From Candidatus Woesearchaeota archaeon (lineage in GTDB: Archaea; Nanobdellota; Nanobdellia; Woesearchaeales; GW2011-AR9), in contig JABHQW010000008.1 of the NCBI GenBank assembly GCA_018696595.1, forward strand, positions 352,001 to 416,000: 64,000 nucleotides of DNA, in the 5' to 3' direction. This document shows positions 55,063-64,000 of this stretch, piece by piece (the stretch's first letter is position 1; the number at the start of each line of letters is the position of its first letter). The translations under genes were made by a program, and so were the position numbers. A model generated the notes under the pieces. That model saw only the letters and a program-made list of their open reading frames with translations, was not told where the DNA came from and ran no database searches.

Positions 55063-56370
55063 ATGGAACGGACACTAATTAAAGATCTAAAAGATAACAT
55101 TGGAAAGGAAGTCTTACTGAAAGGTTGGATTCAAGAATTAAGAAATTTGAGCAAAATCAAGTTTCTAATTTTAAGAGACAGAACTGGAGATATGCAAACT
55201 CTGGCTTTCAAAGGTGACACTGAAGAAGAATCATTTAATGCACTTGATGATTATACAAAAGAGTCAGTAGTAGAAATTATTGGCACTCCTAAAGAAAATA
55301 AAACTTCTCATTGGGGAATTGAAGTTATGATTAAGAATGTTAAGGTTCTTAATAAATCAGAAGTACCACATCCAATTGACAATACTGACAAAAGTCAAAC
55401 CAATATTGATAAGAGAATTGACCATCGATTCTTAGATACTCGAAATCTTAAGAAACAAGCTATTTTTAAAATTAGAAGTAAGATTACTAAAAATGTGGCT
55501 TTGTTTTTGGATAGTCGTGGTTTCACTAATATTCATACTCCAAAAATAACTACTATTGGTGTTGAGTCTGGAGCAGACTTGTTTATGGTTGATTATTTTG
55601 GTAAACCCATTTATTTATCTCAGTCTCCGCAAGTTTACAAACAGATGTTTGTTGCGGGTGGTTTTGAAAGAGTTTACGAAATTGCTCCGGTTTTTCGAGC
55701 AGAGAAGTCTCACACTTCTCGACACTTAACAGAATTTACTGGTGTAGATTTTGAGATGGCTTTCATCAAAGACGAACATGAAATTATGACTTTTATTGAA
55801 GGAATGTTAATTGATCTATTAACTAAATTGAAAGAAGAATCTGCCTCAGAATTAGTATTGTTGGGAATAGAACATAACATCCCCGATGAAATTCCTCGAA
55901 TTACGATGGGAGAAGCTAAAGCTCTTCTAGCAGAAAAAGGTAAAAAGTATGCTGATGAAGATGATTTAGATCCTGAAGGAGAAAAAATGTTGGGCGAAAT
56001 CGTTAAAGAGAAGTATAATTCTGAGTTTGTATTTTTAACAAACTTTCCTTTTGCAATTAGGCCGTTTTATCATATGAAAGCCGATGAAGATCCTAACGGA
56101 ACAAAAAGTTTTGATTTACTATTTAACGGAGTGGAGATTGCTACTGGTGCACAAAGAGAACATCGTTTAGAAGTTCTTGAGAAACAAGCTAAAGGAAAAG
56201 GTCTTGACATGAATCAAATGCCAGAGTATAAAGACATTTTCAAATATGGTTGTCCTCCTCATGGTGGTGTTGGTTTTGGTCTTGATCGGATTACTCAACG
56301 TTTACTTAAATTGGACAATGTTCGAGAAGCTGTTTTACTTCCTAGGGATCCTGAGAGAATGAGTCCTTAG
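55063..56370 (+). CDS. aspS: aspartyl-tRNA synthetase (archaeal type)
   Basis: OB-fold N-terminus FLILRDR; LSQSPQVYKQ; FRAEKSHTSRHL; PPHGGVGFGLDR. Confidence 0.95.
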   Translation: MERTLIKDLKDNIGKEVLLKGWIQELRNLSKIKFLILRDRTGDMQTLAFKGDTEEESFNALDDYTKESVVEIIGTPKENKTSHWGIEVMIKNVKVLNKSEVPHPIDNTDKSQTNIDKRIDHRFLDTRNLKKQAIFKIRSKITKNVALFLDSRGFTNIHTPKITTIGVESGADLFMVDYFGKPIYLSQSPQVYKQMFVAGGFERVYEIAPVFRAEKSHTSRHLTEFTGVDFEMAFIKDEHEIMTFIEGMLIDLLTKLKEESASELVLLGIEHNIPDEIPRITMGEAKALLAEKGKKYADEDDLDPEGEKMLGEIVKEKYNSEFVFLTNFPFAIRPFYHMKADEDPNGTKSFDLLFNGVEIATGAQREHRLEVLEKQAKGKGLDMNQMPEYKDIFKYGCPPHGGVGFGLDRITQRLLKLDNVREAVLLPRDPERMSP

Positions 56371-56470
56371 TTTTTTATTTTATTTTTTTAACTTCAACTG
56401 AAATTAAACTCTTCTTTACATTTATATACTCCTAGGATTTATTAATTTCTATTAAACGGAGGTCAACACA

Positions 56471-57340
56471 ATGACATTTAAAGAACAATTGAATACAATT
56501 AAGAAAAATTGGATTATTGGATTAGTACTATTATTATTTGTTTTGCTACCCTTTTTTTCAGGAACTAATTCTGGCTTGAGTAAGAGTTCTGGATTTGGAA
56601 TGCCAATGGGGGAATCAGCTGAGATGGCTATTGCTTCAGATTCAATGGGAAGATATTATGAACAAGGATTTGCACCTGAAGTAGAAGATCGAAAAATAAC
56701 TAAGAATGCTTATCTTTCAACAGAAGTTGACAGAGGAACATTTCAATCATCTGCGGATAAACTAAAAAGTATCGTTAAGTTAAGCAACGGTTATCTTTTG
56801 AACGAGAACGTAAATAAACACGGACAAAGTAAGAAATCTTATTACTCTGGTAGTTATCAAATCAAAGTTGAAACTTCTAAGTATGATTCTGTTATTCTAC
56901 AACTGAAAGAAATTGGTGAAGTACAATCTTTTACTGAAAGTATGGGCGATATTACTGCAAGGTATACTAACTTACAAACAGAATTAGATGCAGAGAAATC
57001 TCGGTTAGCTAAGTTTCAACAGATGTACAATCAAGCAGATGAAATTTCTGATCAGATTCAATTAGCGGATAAGATTTACTCTTTAGAGAAAACTATTGAT
57101 TACTTAGAACAAGCCCTTAGTAACGTACAAATGAAAGTTGATTATTCAACAATTCGGGTTAGTCTTCAGGAAGAACGTTCTGAATATGCTAATGTTGCTT
57201 TGGTAAAGTTTTCTCAGTTAATTGATGCAATCGTAGACAGTTTCAACAGTTTGTTACAGTTAATCTTTGTAATCTTTCCGTACGCAATCGCTTTAGGATT
57301 GATTTGGTTAGTTGTTAGAGTTGTGAGGAAGAGAAGATGA
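56471..57340 (+). CDS. DUF4349-domain membrane protein
   Basis: RKITKNAYLS, DITARY, coiled coil, VDYSTI.V.L.E, C-terminal TM. Confidence 0.85.
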   Translation: MTFKEQLNTIKKNWIIGLVLLLFVLLPFFSGTNSGLSKSSGFGMPMGESAEMAIASDSMGRYYEQGFAPEVEDRKITKNAYLSTEVDRGTFQSSADKLKSIVKLSNGYLLNENVNKHGQSKKSYYSGSYQIKVETSKYDSVILQLKEIGEVQSFTESMGDITARYTNLQTELDAEKSRLAKFQQMYNQADEISDQIQLADKIYSLEKTIDYLEQALSNVQMKVDYSTIRVSLQEERSEYANVALVKFSQLIDAIVDSFNSLLQLIFVIFPYAIALGLIWLVVRVVRKRR

Positions 57341-58008
57341 AGAAACTAATCTCTTTATTTTTTGTTTTATCTCTTTTTTTAGTTAGTTCTGTAACGGCTG
57401 ACATGATGCCCGCGGGACATAAATCTGTTAGATATACTTTTGAGATTGAGAACATTGCTGATTATCCAGATCATGTTTTTATCCTGTACGGAGAGATTGG
57501 TACTCGGGAAATACTTGAACCTGGCCAGGAAGTTCATTTTTATAAGTACTCTTCCCCATATATTTATGCAATAAAAAAGACAGATTTTGACTTAAAAAAT
57601 TTTGAGCAGTTGAAAGAAGGAGATTATAAAGTAATGGAAAATTATTTTGAAACTAATCCTGATTTAATAAAATCAGATTTACAATTAACTAATTACGGGA
57701 TGGTTTCGGAGTTTGATCCTTTGGATAAAGCTAAAGACGTCTTAAAAATAAAATTACTTGATGAAAACAATCTTTTAATTGTTAAAGATAAGGTGATCTA
57801 CACTTATGAAGACGGAACTTCTGAAGAGAAAGTTTATGGGCAACAAGGAATTACAAGCTCTTTAGACCATGGTGGTTTTCCTGTACCTTCAAGAACAACA
57901 ATTTTTCCTCCCTGGACTATGTCTGCTTTATTTTTGAGTGGGTTTTTGTTATCTTTATCTGCTTTAATCTTAATAATTGTTTTGGTTGTTAGAAGAATTA
58001 GAAGATGA
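57337..58008 (+). CDS. secreted protein with C-terminal TM
   Basis: Signal peptide VTA-D; 4-nt overlaps with both neighbours. Confidence 0.75.
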   Translation: MKKLISLFFVLSLFLVSSVTADMMPAGHKSVRYTFEIENIADYPDHVFILYGEIGTREILEPGQEVHFYKYSSPYIYAIKKTDFDLKNFEQLKEGDYKVMENYFETNPDLIKSDLQLTNYGMVSEFDPLDKAKDVLKIKLLDENNLLIVKDKVIYTYEDGTSEEKVYGQQGITSSLDHGGFPVPSRTTIFPPWTMSALFLSGFLLSLSALILIIVLVVRRIRR

Positions 58009-58307
58009 TTTTAACTTATTTATTTTGTTTTATTTTAACTTTTGTTTTAGAGTTTTCCATCATATTTTTTCTTAGTAAAGAAAACTGGAAAGAATTATTT
58101 CTGTATGTTCTTTTAATTAATCTATTTACTTGGCCTTTAGCAAACTTAGCTTATTACTTTGGTGGGAACTTTTATTTAATTGAATTAAATGTAATTTTGG
58201 CAGAAGGATTGTTATTGACTTTATTATTGAGAAAGAAATATATCTATTGTTTGGGATTGTCTTTCATTGCTAATTTAGTTACTGCTCTGTTAAGTTTTTT
58301 GATTTGA
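58005..58307 (+). CDS. small membrane protein (4 TM)
   Basis: Hydrophobic 100-aa ORF, translationally coupled. Confidence 0.75.
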   Translation: MILTYLFCFILTFVLEFSIIFFLSKENWKELFLYVLLINLFTWPLANLAYYFGGNFYLIELNVILAEGLLLTLLLRKKYIYCLGLSFIANLVTALLSFLI

Positions 58308-58308
58308 C

Positions 58309-58947
58309 TTACTTTCTCTTAACCCATTCTCTAACCACAACGACAAGTAAATAAATCACTACGGCCGATAAACTTCCTACTAAGAACCATAAAGCAATGT
58401 CTGGTTGAGAAGAAGGTAGGCAATCCATAACTAACTGTTGTGCTACTGGAGCTGCTTCTGTAGCTATGGCTTGGTTTGCCATTTCTTCTAATATAGGTGC
58501 TGCCCCCATAACTTTAGTAGTGGCTCCAAAATCTTCAGCTCTACCAACAAATCCTGTGAATAATTTAATCACTGCACTAATACCTAAAGCAATAATTCCG
58601 ACAGGAAGAACATTCTTTAATGCTTGTCTTAATCCAGAAACCTTTCTGGGTGCGATAATAATATATTTGTTAGCTAATTTGTAATGGTTAACTTCTCGGC
58701 CTTTCTTAGAATAATGAAATTCTTCGGCAACAATTAAACTTGCTTCAGTTAATTTCTGTAAGTGATAATGAACTGTTGAGATTGGAATCTTTAATTCTTT
58801 AGACATATTTGCTTCTGTATCATGTTCTTTCTCTGTTAAGTAGTTGAGAATTTTTCTACTTGTTTCAGAAGTAATAGTTTCTGCTAACTTCTTAGTTTTC
58901 TTTTCGTTCAAATCTACTAATAGGAAATTATTTTTTGCCATATCCAT
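58309..58947 (-). CDS. ArsR-like HTH regulator with two C-terminal TM segments
   Basis: SETSRKIL...ISTVHYHLQKL..A.LI; two hydrophobic segments. Confidence 0.85.
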   Translation of the reverse strand: MDMAKNNFLLVDLNEKKTKKLAETITSETSRKILNYLTEKEHDTEANMSKELKIPISTVHYHLQKLTEASLIVAEEFHYSKKGREVNHYKLANKYIIIAPRKVSGLRQALKNVLPVGIIALGISAVIKLFTGFVGRAEDFGATTKVMGAAPILEEMANQAIATEAAPVAQQLVMDCLPSSQPDIALWFLVGSLSAVVIYLLVVVVREWVKRK

Positions 58948-59001
58948 TGATTTATTTTTAGTATTTAAATAGATTGTGATAAGTTTAGGTTGGGTTGAAG
59001 T

Positions 59002-60009
59002 CTAAAAATCTACTGGGAACAAGAAATTTCTTAACACTAAGTAAGCAATAAAAATTGCAATTAAAGTAATGGATTCCCATTTATTCAATTTCTCATTTCG
59101 CCACAAGAACCAGAAGATCAAACAAGCAATTCCTATTTTAAATGGTAAGTCATATAACATCGTTACTCGTGGAATAGCGTAACCAGAAATCATTGCTCCT
59201 AAACCAAGTCCCATCAAGGGATTTGTTACATTACTTCCAATAAGAACACCTGCAGAAATTCCTTTCTTGTTTTTAAAAACAGCAACTAATGCAGTAGTTA
59301 ATTCTGGAAGGGCGGAAGCAATTCCTAATAATAATACTCCAAAAAATGAAGCGCTAATTGGTAATTCTGCAACTAATTTTGTTGATGTTTTAATTACAGT
59401 ATTAGCTGCAAAAGCCATGATTGTAAATGCAACAGCAATTGTAGCAACCTCAAACATTATTCTCCAATTTGGTAGTTTTCTCTTTCTAGCTTTAGCATGA
59501 ACTACGTGTTTGATATTAAGATCTTCATGTTTCTTTTTCTTTTGTCTTTTCTTAAGGTAAAATAAATAACCAACATAAGCAGCGAACATTAAAAATCCTT
59601 CAAATCTATTGATTGTTCCACCAATAGTCATGATCCACATAAAAGTTGCTCCAGCAATTAATGCACCCACTTCTGAAAGAATATTTTTTCTGATAACAAC
59701 AATTGTTCCAATTAACCCGATTACTGCAAGAATAAAACTTTGTTGAAATATATCTGATCCTACATTAGTTCCAATAATTAATCCAGAGATCGTGTTCATT
59801 AAAGATGGTTGTTTTATAATGTCAATACTTCCAACAATTGCGGACATAATTTCAGGTATGGAAGTTCCAATGGAAAGAATAGTTAATCCAATAAATGTTC
59901 CAGACCATTTAAAGTGGTGAGCTAATCTAATTGAATTTCTTACAGCAATCTCTGCTAAGACTAAGATTGCGATAACTCCAATGATTAACGTAATAATTTC
60001 TGATAACAT
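59002..60009 (-). CDS. Na+/Ca2+ antiporter (CaCA family)
   Basis: Alpha repeats GTSIPE...GTNVGSD and ASALPE...GSNVTN. Confidence 0.92.
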   Translation of the reverse strand: MLSEIITLIIGVIAILVLAEIAVRNSIRLAHHFKWSGTFIGLTILSIGTSIPEIMSAIVGSIDIIKQPSLMNTISGLIIGTNVGSDIFQQSFILAVIGLIGTIVVIRKNILSEVGALIAGATFMWIMTIGGTINRFEGFLMFAAYVGYLFYLKKRQKKKKHEDLNIKHVVHAKARKRKLPNWRIMFEVATIAVAFTIMAFAANTVIKTSTKLVAELPISASFFGVLLLGIASALPELTTALVAVFKNKKGISAGVLIGSNVTNPLMGLGLGAMISGYAIPRVTMLYDLPFKIGIACLIFWFLWRNEKLNKWESITLIAIFIAYLVLRNFLFPVDF

Positions 60010-60083
60010 CTCTTTTTTTGATATAATAATATAAAAGTTTAAAAATGTTAGTTTTTTGTTTAGTATTAAAAAGGTGATTTAAA

Positions 60084-60605
60084 ATGAAAAAAGCATTACT
60101 TATTATCGCACAACAAGGTTATCAACCTTATGAATATGGTACTCCTAAGAAAATATTAGAAGATGCAGGTATTGAAGTGGTTACAGCTTCTAATAAAATG
60201 GGGACATGTACTGCTGCGGATGGAACAACAACCGAAGCAACTATTGCAATTTCAGAAGTAAATGTTTCTGATTACGATGCAATTGTTTTTATTGGCGGCC
60301 CTGGTGCTGTAAACTATCAACATGACGTGCAGGCACATTTAACTGCTCAAGAAGCAATAAATAGAAATAAAGTTTTAGCTGCAATTTGTATTGCACCAAC
60401 TATTCTTGCTTATGCTGATGTCTTAGAAGGAAAGAAAGCAACAGTCTGGAATGAGGATAATAACCAAGCAGAAATATTAACTAAGAATAGAGCAGAGTTT
60501 GTTGATCAAGCTGTTGTAGTTGATGGTAAGATTATTACTGCAAATGGTCCCCCTGCAGCAGAAGAGTTTGGTAAGAAGATTGTTGAGATATTAAAGGGAA
60601 ACTAA
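60084..60605 (+). CDS. DJ-1/PfpI-family protein
   Basis: E in YEY, YDAIVFIGG, nucleophile elbow AICIAP, DGKIITANGP. Confidence 0.92.
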   Translation: MKKALLIIAQQGYQPYEYGTPKKILEDAGIEVVTASNKMGTCTAADGTTTEATIAISEVNVSDYDAIVFIGGPGAVNYQHDVQAHLTAQEAINRNKVLAAICIAPTILAYADVLEGKKATVWNEDNNQAEILTKNRAEFVDQAVVVDGKIITANGPPAAEEFGKKIVEILKGN

Positions 60606-60627
60606 TATAAATAATAAAATATTCTTT
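60600..60627 (+). repeat. 28-bp direct repeat, left copy
   Basis: AACTAATATAAATAATAAAATATTCTTT, identical to 62136-62163. Confidence 0.9.
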
Positions 60628-60635
60628 TATTTAAG

Positions 60636-62126
60636 ATGGTGAAGAAAAGAGGTAAGAGAAACGTATTTGATAATCTTAAAAGTTTTTTCACACACCACTA
60701 TTTTCTAATGTTTGTGTTCTTAATAGTTTTTGTAGGTTTATTCTTTATTGCCAAAACAGTTGGAGAATCTGATCAAGCAATTGCTGGTGAAGCGTTTCGT
60801 GGAAAGTCTTTAGATTTATCTCGTTTATCTGCTGATAAAGTTGCTTTATACCATTACGCTACTTATGCAAAAGAAGCTGGCCATAAGAGGGTTAGGGCAA
60901 ATGATTTCTGGCAAATTGTTGTTTCAAGTAACATAGTTCAAAAAGATTTATTTAATTCTCCTAATTTTAGTTCAGACAAATATATCTCAGCAATGGATAA
61001 TGCTTTCAGAGGAAATTATCGGGAGTTCAAGGGTTTGTATAGTGCCATCTATTCTGGTGTTGGTCAAAAGAAAATTGTGTAGATAATATTAACAGAAAGT
61101 AATCTGAAGAAACAACTTCAAGGATTAGATGTTGTTTATGATGGAAGAGCGATTGGAGATAAAATTCATGGTTATAGTTATACTTTTGAAGATGAACTTA
61201 AACCTTGGAATCCTATTTTGTTTGAGAATATGCTTAAAGTTTATGAACAAGAAGATAAAGAATTAGTGATTCCTGAAGGTAGTGTTTCTGCAGGAGCAAT
61301 AAGTGGAACAATTTCTAACGGGGCTGTTGGTGGCATTATTGCTGGAGCTGCATTAACAATGATGGCTTGTGCTGAATCTGAAGGACAAAATTTTGGAAAA
61401 GCTGGTGAAGGAAACAATCCTCTTGGAACAACTCCTTCTGGTGAAGGTGGTGGTACTAAAACTGATAAGTATGGAATGCCAGAAGCCGCACCAAGTGAGT
61501 TATCAAGTACAAATCTTTTTGACATATGTCCTCCTAATCCTTTAGACTTACCTGACTCTGCTGCATTTGAACCTAATGGCCCTGATGTTTCTGAAAATGA
61601 CGTTTTTCAGACTGAGAAACCTCCTGTTGCTGATCAAGAAAGTAGATTAGAACAATGGGCTAATGAGATGATAGGTTCTGAAGTTGTACAAGAAGGAGTA
61701 CAAGCAGGAAAAGATTGGGGTGTCGCATACAAAGAATTACCTAAAGCTAAAAATGCACCAACCCCTTATGGTCTTTTATTTAATAAAAATTTCTTTAATC
61801 CAGAAGGAGATTTAGGAAACGCAAACAATTGTGGTCCAGGATTCTTTTCATTTTTAGCAAACTTAAATTGTGATGATGATACAGATGAAGATTGTGATGA
61901 ATCAGATAATGTTAATGTTTTTGCAAATCCTAGTCAATCTTTTATTGGTCCTTGTGGTGGTTCTACTCCTGCAGATGCTGTTGATGTAAACAAGATGCAG
62001 AAATATTGGTACGATCCAGTTCCAATTGAATATGTTGGTGTCATTGATACCATTAACCATGAAGATTTTCTGACTTTTGAACCAGTTATAAATGATGATT
62101 CTGGTTTAATCGATAACCAACCTTAA
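60636..62126 (+). pseudogene. single 496-codon reading frame interrupted by an in-frame TAG at 61080-61082 (tracked as 60636-61082 and 61218-62126)
   Basis: 61083-61217 is open and protein-like in the same frame (IILTESNLKKQLQGLDVVYDGRAIGDKIHG...) with no ATG before 61230. Confidence 0.6.
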
Positions 62127-62135
62127 TTTAACCAC

Positions 62136-62163
62136 AACTAATATAAATAATAAAATATTCTTT
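62136..62163 (+). repeat. 28-bp direct repeat, right copy
   Basis: Identical to 60600-60627. Confidence 0.9.
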
Positions 62164-62191
62164 AGTATATAAAAAAGAGGATGATAGGTAA

Positions 62192-63160
62192 ATGATTAGA
62201 CGTTACGACGTACTTTGTGTAGGTTCAGCTGTTTTGGATAAATTCTTGACCACTGATTGTTCTCTAAAAAGTGTTAAACTGGGAGATAAAGTTCTTGTTA
62301 GCCATCAAGAAGTACATTCTGGTGGCGGTGCAACTAATTCTGCAGCTGCTTTATCAAAACTGGGATTAAAAGTTAAATTATTAACTAAACTTGGAAATGA
62401 TCATGATGCCGAATTTATTCTGAAAGAATTAAAACAATACAAATTAAAAAACATTTGTTTAAAGCATAGTAAAAAAAGTACAGACTTTTCTACTATTATT
62501 TCTTGTCCACATAAAGATAGGGATCGGATTATTTATGTGCATAAGGGGGCTTCTCGTGACATTTCTACAAATGATTTCAACAAATCACAATTAAAAGCAA
62601 AATGGATTTATCTTGCTAGTTTAATGGGGAAATCTTTCCAGACTGGTAAGGAAATTGCTCAATATGCAAAGAAAAAGAAAATTAACTTATTATTTAATCC
62701 TTCTTTATACTTAGCAAAAAAAGGTAAGAGATATTTGAAATCTGTGTTAGATGCAACAAATATTTTAGTGTTAAACAAAGAAGAAGCTCAAGTATTATTG
62801 AGTACTCAATCTGGTTCACACAAGAAGTTATTAATGGGATTACATCAACTAGGACCAGAAACGGTTATCATCTCCAATGGAAGAAAGATGTTATATACCT
62901 TACACGAAAACAATATTTATTCAACCCTTCCAACAGACATTAAAGTCACTCACACTGCTGGTGCAGGAGATGCTTTCACTGCTGGATTACTTGCAGGAAT
63001 TATTAAGAAATATGACTTTGAAGATGCTTTGAAGTTAGGAATTGCAAATTCTTTATCTGTGATTCAATCTATTGGAACAAAGAATGGGTTATTAACAGAA
63101 CCTGAAGCTAAGAAGTTGATTAAAAAGTATAAGATTAAGGTGGTTAAGCATGCACTCTAG
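62192..63160 (+). CDS. PfkB-family carbohydrate kinase
   Basis: GGGATNSAAALSKLG, LNKEE, HTAGAGDAF. Confidence 0.92.
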   Translation: MIRRYDVLCVGSAVLDKFLTTDCSLKSVKLGDKVLVSHQEVHSGGGATNSAAALSKLGLKVKLLTKLGNDHDAEFILKELKQYKLKNICLKHSKKSTDFSTIISCPHKDRDRIIYVHKGASRDISTNDFNKSQLKAKWIYLASLMGKSFQTGKEIAQYAKKKKINLLFNPSLYLAKKGKRYLKSVLDATNILVLNKEEAQVLLSTQSGSHKKLLMGLHQLGPETVIISNGRKMLYTLHENNIYSTLPTDIKVTHTAGAGDAFTAGLLAGIIKKYDFEDALKLGIANSLSVIQSIGTKNGLLTEPEAKKLIKKYKIKVVKHAL

Positions 63161-64000
63161 AAAATTAATTGATTGGGTTAAGTCTGAAGGGGCTCGTGGA
63201 TTAAGTGATAATCAATTAAGAAAAACCCTCCTTAAAAAAGGTTGGCCAGAGAAAGATGTTGATAAAGCGATCAATTATGCTCACAAAGGAAAAGTTAATT
63301 GGATGCCTTTACTTTTATTGTTTGTAGGTACCTTAATTTTATTTTTTGTTGTAAATTCAATTGACAGGGGTGAGAGTTGGTTTGCTATATTTTTATTTGG
63401 TTCTATAATCACTTTAGTTTATTCTATAATCCCTTATTTCAAGTCTAATAAAAAAGAATGGTTTACAGAACTAGCAATTATTAATTATATCTCTGGGCTT
63501 TTCGCTTTAGCTTTAACAATATTTTTGTTCAACTTTATAGTTTTCATTATCAACTTAACTAATCTTCCAGTAACAATTCCTTTTGTTATCATCTTTGTTG
63601 CTTTATGTATTATCTTCCTATTTTATACTTTCTTTTTCACTATTGAGAGGGTTTCAAAACATTTTGTGGGTTATTTTGATTATGAGTCTTATTTCGTTTT
63701 CAAACACTGGCCGTTTAAAATATTTAATGTTAATTGGAAGAAGAAGTGGACCTTATTGAAGTATCCAATAATTGTTATTATAATTGGCTTGGTGATTAGT
63801 GGGTTTTATTTTAATGGTATGGTGGTTAGACAAGAAGAATCAATGAAACAATTAAATATCTTAACAGTAATGGAAACACAATTAACAGAAAATTGCTTAA
63901 ACTTGCTCCCAGAAACAAATAATCTTTCCTTTGGAACAAAAAGCATTATTAGTATACATGTTTCTTCTGTTGGGGATTATTTTTATCCAGAAGAAGTATT
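63150..64000 (+). CDS. 3'-truncated multi-pass membrane protein, absent from the ORF track
   Basis: Manual translation MHSRKLIDWVKSEGARG...KKGWPEKDVDKA followed by several TMs; open to the window end. Confidence 0.8.
   Translation, partial: MHSRKLIDWVKSEGARGLSDNQLRKTLLKKGWPEKDVDKAINYAHKGKVNWMPLLLLFVGTLILFFVVNSIDRGESWFAIFLFGSIITLVYSIIPYFKSNKKEWFTELAIINYISGLFALALTIFLFNFIVFIINLTNLPVTIPFVIIFVALCIIFLFYTFFFTIERVSKHFVGYFDYESYFVFKHWPFKIFNVNWKKKWTLLKYPIIVIIIGLVISGFYFNGMVVRQEESMKQLNILTVMETQLTENCLNLLPETNNLSFGTKSIISIHVSSVGDYFYPEEV

Noticed and set aside
60636-62126. Genome-wide amber recoding or pyrrolysine
   Set aside because: TAG is a clear terminator for several conserved genes in this window, and no pyl genes are seen

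Overview
AT-rich, gene-dense archaeal chromosome segment, most consistent with a DPANN archaeon such as Woesearchaeota. The taxonomy is inferred from aIF5B, Trm1, EF-1beta, ABCE1, archaeal GluRS/AspRS, BHB-type tRNA introns, BRE/TATA promoters and GGTGA/GGAGG ribosome-binding sites. About 60 CDSs and two tRNAs are supported. I found no rRNA, CRISPR array, transposase or integrase. The most striking signal is a set of envelope genes typical of diderm bacteria, interleaved with archaeal core genes: two secreted proteins that look like outer-membrane beta-barrels (15096-16850, with an autotransporter-like stalk; 22978-23883), a TSP3 protein with OmpA-family-type motifs next to the first, an intact Lgt next to lipobox proteins and a DAG-kinase-like gene, and a DsbA-cupredoxin fusion. 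The second barrel gene is divergent from a four-effector-domain TrmB regulator, with a perfect palindrome between them. Other highlights are a tRNA-Trp with two introns (one in the T-loop), PurA and PurB each fused to a HAD-like domain, and a 1.5-kb island bounded by 28-bp direct repeats that holds one ORF broken by an in-frame TAG. All functional calls come from motif recognition by eye; no database searches or structure predictions were run.
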